DNA of 57,852 bases from the IMG/VR virus record IMGVR_UViG_3300042402_005186, positions 1 through 57,852 of that record; one strand, given 5' to 3'. This DNA comes from a virus (Duplodnaviria > Caudoviricetes). Positions 20,498 through 29,000 of this stretch are shown in pieces. Numbering within the stretch: the first letter of the stretch is position 1; the number at the start of each line of letters is the position of its first letter. Below the pieces are notes generated by a model. It was not told the DNA's origin, did not search any database, and worked only from the letters and a program-made list of their open reading frames with translations. The position numbers were made by a program, and so were the translations under genes.

Positions 20498-22697
20498 TCA
20501 ATCTTTCTCTGAGAGCTTCTATTTCTTTTTGTTGTTCTTTGATCGTTTCTACAATAAGTGGTATCAAATATTGGTAATGAACCGTTAAATAATTTTCACC
20601 GCTTCTACTCTGTTCATTCTCATCAATATCAAATGGAGCAAGAGTAACGATTTCAGGTAAAACTTTTTGTACTTCTTGTGCTATTACGCCTATTTGTTTT
20701 TTATAGTCGTGATAACCAAATTTTTCTGCATGAGAATTTTGTTTGTAAAAAATGCCATTCAGTGAATAAAGTTTTTCACCAGCATTCTTTATGTATTCGA
20801 TGTTATCTTTTAATCTGATATCAGAGTAAAATGAGGTTATCGTACTTGTAGCTCTGAGTGTTCCTGTTGGACCTGCGGCAGTATTTACACCTAATGAAGC
20901 AATAGAAACGCTTGGTGTTCCTGGGACTCCGGCTGAAAGATCTCCTGGAGTACCTTGAGCTCCTGTTGGTCCTTGGGCACCTTGAGCTCCCGAAGTACCT
21001 GGAGGACCTTGGGGTCCTGTAACACTTGACGGAGGACCTGTATTTCCTTGAGCCCCAGGCGACCCATTAGCACCAAATGTAAAAGATGAAGGTCCTTGTG
21101 GACCTTGGACTCCTTGAGCACCAGGAACTCCCGGAGCACCAGGAACACCAGTAAAACCCACTCGTCCTTGAAATCCTGATGGGCCTTGTGCCCCAGAAAC
21201 TCCAATTGATCCTTGTGCTCCTTGTCTTCCTGCGGCCGCGGTTGGACCTATGGCTCCGTTTACACTAGTATTGCCTTGAGCACCGGCAATTCCTTGAACA
21301 CCTTGAGCGCCAGCGATTCCTTGAGTGCCTTGAACTCCCTGTCTTCCTTGGATCCCAGAAGGACCAGTTGTACCAAGAACTCCTTGAGGACCTGTTGCGC
21401 CAGTAGGATTAGTTCCTTGTGCTCCCTGAGGTCCTTGAAATCCTGCGGGTCCTTGAACGCCTTGAAAACCTTGTCTTCCTTGTGCGCCTTGAAATCCTGC
21501 AGGACCTTGAACGCCAGCGGGCCCCTGAGCTCCTTGAGGTCCTTGAATTCCAGTCGGACCTTGAATACCCTGTGTTCCCGTAAAACCCACTTGTCCTTGA
21601 AAACCCGAAGGGCCTTGTGCACCAGCAGGACCCTGTGCGCCCTGAGCGCCTGGAGGTCCTTGAACACCTTGAGCACCTGTGACTGAAGATGCTGCACCTT
21701 GAGCACCTTGAAATCCCGCAGGACCTTGTGCACCCGCAGGACCTTGTGCACCCTGTGGACCCTGAGCACCTGCAACTCCTGGTACACCTTGAGCACCTGC
21801 TGTTCCAGTGGGCCCCTGAAATCCCGCAGGACCTTGTGCACCCGCAGGACCTTGTGCACCCTGTGGACCCTGAGCACCTGCAACTCCTGGTACACCTTGA
21901 GCACCTGCTGTTCCAGTGGGCCCCTGAAAACCTTGTGGTCCGAGTGAACCTACTGAACCTTGTGCACCTTGAGGTCCTTGAATACCAGAAGCTCCTGTTG
22001 ACCCCTGTGGACCTTGTTCTCCAGGAATTCCAATCGGTCCTTGAGCGCCTTGAGCACCCGGAGAACCCTGAGCGCCTTGAGGTCCTTGAGCGCCTGATGA
22101 TCCTGTTGTTCCTTGAGGACCTTGCACACCCGATCCTCCTTGAACACCTTGAGCGCCTTGAGGGCCGACTGCACCTTGAGTTCCTTGAGGACCTTGTGCA
22201 CCAGAAGCACCGGATGAACCTTGAGGTCCTTGAGCTCCTGGGGCTCCGGTATCTCCAGTCGTTCCCACCATTCCAGGAACGCCAGTATTTCCAGTTAGTC
22301 CTTGAAACCCTATAGCTCCGTTAGCGCCAACATTACCAGTAAATCCTATTCCACCTTGAAATCCTTGGGGACCTTTTGAACCTTGAGGGCCTTGTGCACC
22401 AACTGCTCCCTGTGCGCCTTGAGGGCCTTGTGCTCCAGAAGCGCCTGGATCTCCACCAACTCCGGGAGCTCCATCAACACCAGAAAAGCCCGGTGTGGTA
22501 CTTGCAGATCCTTGGGGTCCTTGTGCTCCCGGTGTTCCTTGAGCTCCCGGTGAACCAGGAGAACCTGAAGCTCCTGCAAAACCTGCGTCACCTGTTATAT
22601 TATCTGGCGGTCCAACCCATCGACCGTCCGAATCAATGACTGATTCAGTACCGACGTTTATGCCATTTTTTACTACGAAATTTTTATCTGTTGCCAA
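20484..22697 (-). CDS. Collagen-like fibre protein 1 with S74 chaperone
   Basis: Long Gly-X-Y region. S74 motifs YSDIRLK and GVIAQEV. TTG start preceded by GGGGA. Confidence 0.92.
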   Translation of the reverse strand: MATDKNFVVKNGINVGTESVIDSDGRWVGPPDNITGDAGFAGASGSPGSPGAQGTPGAQGPQGSASTTPGFSGVDGAPGVGGDPGASGAQGPQGAQGAVGAQGPQGSKGPQGFQGGIGFTGNVGANGAIGFQGLTGNTGVPGMVGTTGDTGAPGAQGPQGSSGASGAQGPQGTQGAVGPQGAQGVQGGSGVQGPQGTTGSSGAQGPQGAQGSPGAQGAQGPIGIPGEQGPQGSTGASGIQGPQGAQGSVGSLGPQGFQGPTGTAGAQGVPGVAGAQGPQGAQGPAGAQGPAGFQGPTGTAGAQGVPGVAGAQGPQGAQGPAGAQGPAGFQGAQGAASSVTGAQGVQGPPGAQGAQGPAGAQGPSGFQGQVGFTGTQGIQGPTGIQGPQGAQGPAGVQGPAGFQGAQGRQGFQGVQGPAGFQGPQGAQGTNPTGATGPQGVLGTTGPSGIQGRQGVQGTQGIAGAQGVQGIAGAQGNTSVNGAIGPTAAAGRQGAQGSIGVSGAQGPSGFQGRVGFTGVPGAPGVPGAQGVQGPQGPSSFTFGANGSPGAQGNTGPPSSVTGPQGPPGTSGAQGAQGPTGAQGTPGDLSAGVPGTPSVSIASLGVNTAAGPTGTLRATSTITSFYSDIRLKDNIEYIKNAGEKLYSLNGIFYKQNSHAEKFGYHDYKKQIGVIAQEVQKVLPEIVTLAPFDIDENEQSRSGENYLTVHYQYLIPLIVETIKEQQKEIEALRERLNGNR
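21709..21929. repeat. Exact 108-bp tandem duplication inside collagen gene 1
   Basis: The unit starting aaatcccgcaggacc occurs at 21711 and 21819 and encodes a 36-aa (12-triplet) repeat. Confidence 0.9.
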
Positions 22698-22725
22698 GGT
22701 TCATTATCCCCTTTACCAAAATTAT

Positions 22726-23319
22726 TTAGATGGGTATTAGGGTGATCGAAGCTTTGACTGTTGTCGATGAAAAGGTGGGAGTGAATAAGACACTTAGTGT
22801 TCCTGTTGTAATAGATGCATCGAATGCGCCGAGAGAATTTGCTGTTGTTTTTATTTCGCCGTATTGAGTTAAGAAAACGTTTGCGCCATCATGAGTCATT
22901 GACAATTCAATTACGTTATATTCCGAACCGCTTGTTATTTGAACGAAGTATTTTGCTGAACGATAGGTTCCTGAAGGCCATGAATCGAAAGTAATTTGTG
23001 ATAAACCTGATGTTGTAACTGTAGTAGATTCAATTAAAGCATGAGCATTTACACTAATCTTTTCTGTGCTTAATGTGCTTGTGCTTGTGTTATACTTTAG
23101 CTTATTTGATGCACCAAATGATCCGAGATTGTTAAATTGAATCTCACCATCAAGCCCCGCTGGTTCAGTTACAGTATCTAACTGTATTACGTGATTAGTA
23201 TTATTACCATAGTATAATTTACCATCACTTGAGTTGATGGCAAGTTCTCCAGGCTGTAGCGTTGAAGGTACATTACCTGAAGAACCAGAATGTCTTAACT
23301 GTATTATTGTATTTGCCAT
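22726..23319 (-). CDS. Putative fibre adaptor / virion structural protein
   Basis: N-terminus MANTIIQLRHS...LQPGELAIN..DGKLYYG resembles fibre N-terminal anchor domains and the N-terminus of 23952..25370. Beta-rich C-terminal domain. Confidence 0.6.
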   Translation of the reverse strand: MANTIIQLRHSGSSGNVPSTLQPGELAINSSDGKLYYGNNTNHVIQLDTVTEPAGLDGEIQFNNLGSFGASNKLKYNTSTSTLSTEKISVNAHALIESTTVTTSGLSQITFDSWPSGTYRSAKYFVQITSGSEYNVIELSMTHDGANVFLTQYGEIKTTANSLGAFDASITTGTLSVLFTPTFSSTTVKASITLIPI

Positions 23320-23329
23320 CTAGTGAATC

Positions 23330-23929
23330 TTAGAATGTTCCTCCAGACCTAACACTATTATCCGGAGTTTCCGTTTGAATTATTTTTTCGGAGACGGCAG
23401 ATCCATTAGTTTTAATTTTCTTCAACTTATTTGCCGGCAACTCTGTTTCTAACTTTTCGATATATTTAGTTAGCTCATCCAAACGGGTGTTATTTCTGAG
23501 TAAAACATCCTGTGATTCACTTTTTGCTCGCAGTAATTCGTTTTTAGCCTCATTAAGCTGTCTCATATAATCATTAACAGCTTGTTGTAGCCTAGTTTTC
23601 TCTTGTGCTATAGAATTTAAATTAGAAATTTCTGAAGATTTGGAATTCAAATCATTTTTTAATGCATCTCTTTCAACAGTTAAAGCATTTATGATTCTAT
23701 CTTTTTCGACTGTTGAAGAATTAATAACTCTATCTTTTTCTACAAGAGTTTTTTGCAATTCTGTATTAGAATTCGAAAGCTCTTGAACTTTTCTTTTCGT
23801 TTCATTCGCTTCTTGAATTTCTGTTTTCAGTGTTTCTAACTGAGCCTGAAATAAAATGTTTTGCTTGACAACCGCTAGAAAATTGTCAAGCAAAACCTGA
23901 GAGTAAGCATTTTGCAATTTCACATCCAT
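23330..23929 (-). CDS. Coiled-coil hypothetical protein ending in GGTF
   Basis: Long heptad-like charged helical sequence. Confidence 0.7.
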   Translation of the reverse strand: MDVKLQNAYSQVLLDNFLAVVKQNILFQAQLETLKTEIQEANETKRKVQELSNSNTELQKTLVEKDRVINSSTVEKDRIINALTVERDALKNDLNSKSSEISNLNSIAQEKTRLQQAVNDYMRQLNEAKNELLRAKSESQDVLLRNNTRLDELTKYIEKLETELPANKLKKIKTNGSAVSEKIIQTETPDNSVRSGGTF

Positions 23930-23951
23930 GATAAACCCCTTTCAAAATAAT

Positions 23952-25370
23952 TTAGAATGTTCCACCGTTCAAGTGTTCAAATACTGGAATACCAGAAGCA
24001 TTAATTTGAAGTATTTGGCCCTGTGTTCCAGTAACCGCAGTAAGTGCTCCTGTAGAAGACTCAGCAGAAATTACAACACCATTCGCAGTGAATGAAGAAG
24101 ATCCTGTACCACCTCTAGGGACACCTAATGTTCCAGAAATGATTTGTGATGTATCTATCGCTATTGCAACATTAGAAACCGCACTAACTCTTCCATAAGT
24201 ATCAGTAGTTACAATTAATGTTCTACTATTTCCACCATATGTTTCTGCTGTTCCAGTATTAGCAAGCTCATTTAATCCGCCAGTTCCATTACCAATTAAG
24301 ATTGCGCCAGAAGTAAAGGTGCTTCTTCCGGTACCGCCATCTGCAACTGCAATATCAGAAAATAAACTTGAAACATTACCACCGACAATATCCGCATCTA
24401 GTGTAGCTCTTTGGAATGATGTATTCGCTACATCAATAATATTATTTGGTGTATTTGTATCTAATGATGCATCTGTGTAATTCTTAAACAGATAATATTT
24501 ACCATCCGATGCATGACGAACAAGACCTGTATGTCTCTTTGTTACACCAGCATCATCGCTGTAATGACCTAAGAATCCAATATCAACAGCATCAGACGAT
24601 TCATTGTTTGCTGCTAACTGAATCATCGGATCATCTACTCTAATCGTATCGATATCGAGAGAGGTTAAATTTCCTGTTACAGAGAGGTTGCCTGTAAGAG
24701 ATAAGTCACCAGTAATAGATTGATTACCAGTTGTTCGAATGATTGTATTATCTACATTAAAAGTTATCTTGTTGTTGCCTGCATCGGTAACGGTACTGAT
24801 TCCATCTCCACCGATTAAATTCAGGGTATCTGTAGCAAGAGCAATTGTGTCTTGTCCGGTATCAGAAGCAACAGTTAGACTTGTAGAAATCGATACGTTT
24901 GCTGCATATGAAATACGACCTTTCGTATCTACAGTAAAGACTGCAATGTTTGATGTTCCACCATATGTTCCTGAACTCACACCAGTTGTTTTCAAATTAC
25001 CCTGAAGAACAACGGGCGAAGTTCCGTCAAATCCTACCGTAGCAGAATCTACGTCATCTCCGTTTATACTGAAGTTTCTACTTGTTTCTAATGCAGTCGC
25101 AGTATTAGAATTACCGTAAATTGTAGCAGTGATTACATTAGCAGAAAAGTTTCCGCTGTTATCTCTCTTAACTAATGTATTGGCAGTATTCGCATCTGTG
25201 GAAGAATTAATTTTGTCTGTATACGCTTTACCACCAATAGCAACGACACCCGTTCCGTCATCAATCCATAGGGTATTGGTTACGTTCGAGTAGGCTGGTT
25301 CCGCTAAATTTAATGTTGGTGGAACCCCTGTCGCATTAGAATACTTTAGCTGAATTACTGTATTAGCCAT
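23952..25370 (-). CDS. Tail-fibre-like virion protein
   Basis: G/S/T/N-rich, with repeated TYGG...VTTD.YGR and VADGGTG/VPRGGTG fibre motifs. Confidence 0.7.
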   Translation of the reverse strand: MANTVIQLKYSNATGVPPTLNLAEPAYSNVTNTLWIDDGTGVVAIGGKAYTDKINSSTDANTANTLVKRDNSGNFSANVITATIYGNSNTATALETSRNFSINGDDVDSATVGFDGTSPVVLQGNLKTTGVSSGTYGGTSNIAVFTVDTKGRISYAANVSISTSLTVASDTGQDTIALATDTLNLIGGDGISTVTDAGNNKITFNVDNTIIRTTGNQSITGDLSLTGNLSVTGNLTSLDIDTIRVDDPMIQLAANNESSDAVDIGFLGHYSDDAGVTKRHTGLVRHASDGKYYLFKNYTDASLDTNTPNNIIDVANTSFQRATLDADIVGGNVSSLFSDIAVADGGTGRSTFTSGAILIGNGTGGLNELANTGTAETYGGNSRTLIVTTDTYGRVSAVSNVAIAIDTSQIISGTLGVPRGGTGSSSFTANGVVISAESSTGALTAVTGTQGQILQINASGIPVFEHLNGGTF

Positions 25371-25383
25371 TTTTTTTACCTTT

Positions 25384-25391
25384 TATTTATT
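25384..25391 (-). promoter_or_regulatory. Late promoter-like motif (AATAAATA)
   Basis: Intergenic nATAAATA 13 nt upstream of the ATG at 25370. Confidence 0.5.
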
Positions 25392-25393
25392 TT

Positions 25394-25651
25394 TTAAAAT
25401 CTTCCACCGTTAATATTTGTCGGAATCGCAGCAATATCACCGAGTCTTTGATTAGTAAATTTTCCCTCGGTTGCATCAAAAGCTACAACATCCCCTTCTT
25501 CCGGATTGATTACTTCAGTATCAGACAATTCAATCAAAGCTACATTTGGCTTTGGTTTGAATCTCGGATCCGCAATAACAGTTCTATTTGGAGAAGATAT
25601 CGCTACTTGTAGTGACGCATTTCTTGGTGATATTGAAGCCTTTATTGACAT
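25394..25651 (-). CDS. Small hypothetical virion protein ending in GGRF
   Basis: 85-aa ORF with an AGGA RBS. LSDTEV...EGDVVAFD resembles a fibre linker motif. Confidence 0.65.
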   Translation of the reverse strand: MSIKASISPRNASLQVAISSPNRTVIADPRFKPKPNVALIELSDTEVINPEEGDVVAFDATEGKFTNQRLGDIAAIPTNINGGRF

Positions 25652-25663
25652 TTATTTTCCTGT

Positions 25664-25671
25664 TATTTATT
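25664..25671 (-). promoter_or_regulatory. Late promoter-like motif (AATAAATA)
   Basis: Intergenic nATAAATA immediately after the upstream stop. Confidence 0.5.
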
Positions 25672-26004
25672 TTACCTAGTAACTGAGGGTAAAACAGTAA
25701 CAATTCCTTCAACCACTCTCGTCACTACATTAGTTGGAGAGGTAATAATCACATCATAAACATATCTTCCTGGTGTTAAATTTGCAGTATTTGATGAAGT
25801 CATTGAAAGAGTAACTTCACCATTTGCTATTCCGGTAACTGTAGCAGTAATCTGATTATACGAAGAAGAATAGTAAGACTTTCTCATCATTGAGTTTGCT
25901 GTATATGCATATAAATTTAATGCTGTTCCAGCAGTATCTTCGATATTGATTACAGTGCTAAATGTAGCGCCCTGTTCTATAGCAAGTTCGGAAAAAGCAG
26001 CCAT
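25672..26004 (-). CDS. Small beta-sandwich virion protein (fibre/baseplate attachment-like)
   Basis: Pattern IEQGATF...LTPGRYVYDV...RVVEGIVTVLP, recalled from phage structural adaptors. Confidence 0.6.
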   Translation of the reverse strand: MAAFSELAIEQGATFSTVINIEDTAGTALNLYAYTANSMMRKSYYSSSYNQITATVTGIANGEVTLSMTSSNTANLTPGRYVYDVIITSPTNVVTRVVEGIVTVLPSVTR

Positions 26005-26005
26005 T

Positions 26006-29000
26006 TTATTTTTTCTTTAATTCTTCGAGTTTATTGTCTATTTCTTTAATTGCTTCGATTAATAACGGTATCAATCTTTCATAATGTACTGTCATATACT
26101 GCGAACTTATCGGTGCAGAAGACACTACTTCAGGGAGAACTTTCTGAACTTCTTGTGCGCTGACACCAACTTTTCTTTCATCGGTAAATCCAAGCTCTTT
26201 TGCTGTTTCGTTTGCTTTGTAGAAAAAACCCGAAAGTTGTTTTACTTTATCGAGAGCATTTTCGATATTGCCTAATTTATCTTTGAGTCTATCATCAGAA
26301 TAAGAAGATGTTATTTCACCGGTTGCTACAATTGATGCATCAACATTTATTTTACCTGAAGATCCGCTTCTACTAATCAGAACAATATCATTATTAGAAG
26401 CAATTACGATTTCAGCTCCAAGTTCTGCTGCGTCCATTACTCCCGTACCAGCTCCAACTCTTATGTAATTTTTTACGTTTGAAGTTGTACTGGTTGTACC
26501 TCCAGTTATAATAACTCCTCCTCCCCGTTCAACTCCTACCGATGCAGATAATAAATTGTTTGGAATAACCATTATTCCAGTAGATAGATTATTAGCATGC
26601 TGTATTACAAAAGGAACATTTGCAACAGAATCGACAGAGGTAACTCCTGTTAGAATACTATTAAAAGAGGAAGCATCACCAGCTAGTATCGTGCCTGATC
26701 CATTGATATCATAAGATGGTTTTACTACCATCTTAACTTTATTATTGTTTTGATAACTTGTTCTAGATTCACTTACGGTAACATCACCGAAGTTTAGAGA
26801 ACCTGTAAGAGTATCGCCGGCTTTAGCGACTTTAAGTGCAGCTAGATCATAAGCAGTCTTAACTGAGTTTGGCGTTGCTGCTGTTGTTGTACTCGTGCTC
26901 GAAGTAGAGTCAGTAAGTTGAACGATACCAGTTTCGCTAGTTGTGCCGGAACGAATCGTAGTATTTGTTACTCCGGTTATATGGCCTGTCGCATTTACTA
27001 CTATAACTGGAACTGCAACACTTGTTCCATGCGTTGCTGCGGTAACACCAGAAGCCTCATGAGAAATTGATATCGTACCAGAAGACGTTGTTACACTTAT
27101 CGGGGTAGTGTTACTTGCACTACGAATTACTCGTGTACCTGTATCAAATACTCCAGTGGCACTATAAACAGGACCCGTTGAAATTATGTTTGCTGACCAG
27201 AGATTCGCTTGTGTACTGATACCTCCGGTAACTCTCAAAGCTCCGGTTGTCGTACTTGTTGCCGTGCTAGTATTACTGATGATCAGTCTTCCTGTCATCG
27301 TATCACCATCTCTAGCAACTTTATTATCTGCTAATCCATAAGCGGTGTCTGCTGCGTCTTGGGCAATAACGACCAAATCATAAACAGTCTTAACGGAATT
27401 TGGCGTTGCCGCATTTGAAGTGCTTGTGCTTGTTACAGAATCTTGAAGAAGAACAATACCAGTGTGTGTTGTATTCGCAAGTCGTAATCTCGCAGCAGGC
27501 AATTCGCCTGAACTAATGTTCGAAGCATTTGTTGTATCAATGGTAGCCGAAGGAGCAAGTCCAGAAACTGCTGCTGCGGCTATAGCAATTGCAACATTAC
27601 TTGCCGCCATTATATGACCAGTATTGCTTACTTGGAATGTAGGTACTTGTGATGCGCTTCCGTAGTATGCATTAGCTGATGTAGTAACACCAGAACCGGC
27701 GTGGTAGAATAGACCATTCGTCGAATCATACTGTATAGGTTGTGTAGAATTTGCAGTTGCGCTTACAGAAATATTTGAAGCATTAACATTATTTCTAACT
27801 CTAGCAGCAGTTAAAAATAAATTAGAAGTTGCTTCTGTAATATGGGAAGTTGATCCGGGTATTGTTATTACGCCAGTAGAATTATTATATGCTGCTGAGC
27901 CAGTTGTTGCAGAAAGTGCTTGTCTTGCTCTCGAATCTAGGTAATAGAGATTTGTTCCTTCTGTGAGATACGATGTACTATTAGCTAATCTAAATTCACC
28001 TGCGGTTATTCCATTATTTGCAACCCATGCATCAATAGATTCATTCCAACGAATATAGGTATTAGTATTAGCGCCTCTATTAATTATTATTCCTGCATTT
28101 TGCGTTGCTTGAACATTTGTTGGTAAATTAGAATTCAATACGATTTCGTTGTCTGCTAAATTTATTTCTTCAGTGTTTATAGTAGTGACGCTACCAGATA
28201 CCGTAAGGTCTCCGCCAATAGTTACATTATTATTAAAAGTAATATTTTGATTTACTGCTTGTGCTGCGCCTGGACTTAGTTTAACGAAAGTTGAGTCTGT
28301 ATAACTTTTCAAATTAGTGTTAGCAACATCAACATAAGACTTCATGTTAGTGTTGGCCACATCAACATATGACTGCATATTAGTGTTGGCCACATCAACA
28401 TAAGACTTCATATTGGTGTTGGCCACATCAACATAAGACTTCATATTGGTGTTGGCTGTAACTAAATTATCTTGAACAGTTTTAACTGCTTTCGAACTTG
28501 CTAAATTATCCGAACTGTTTAATGTTATACTATCACTAATCAGATTTGCAGTTAATGCTTTCGAAAATCCTGTAGAATCATTTAAATTGTTTACATCTCT
28601 AAATTGCCATACTTTATTAAGATCATCCCAACGAATTTCAGCGTCTACATTGTCCAAATCTTGGATAGCAGTATTTCCCGTTCCGTTAAAATCAAGTAGG
28701 GTTCCAGGATATCCAGCCGAAGTAGAAAGTCTGAAAGTATTAGTTCCTGTAACGGTAACTCGATATGTCGTTCCGTTAGCAAGACCTGTTATACCTGTAC
28801 TTAATGAAGAAAGTCTAACATTTTGTCCATTTGTAAACCCATGGCTACTCAAAGTTATTACATCAGTAGTTCCATTTACTGCGGCTAATGATGCTGCGGT
28901 ATTGGTTCTATTGACAGTAAAGTAATCGTATCCGGCACCTAAAGTTTGTTTCGTAGATGCCATTAATTTAATACGATTCGTATCAACTAATTGTTGGCCT

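Noticed and set aside
16238-22639. Many overlapping alternative-frame and antisense ORFs in the collagen genes
   Set aside because: They are low-complexity by-products of the Gly-X-Y codon periodicity, with no recognisable domains.
28300-28456. 33-bp direct repeats as a possible CRISPR array
   Set aside because: The repeats are contiguous, have no spacers and are in-frame coding. No cas genes are present.
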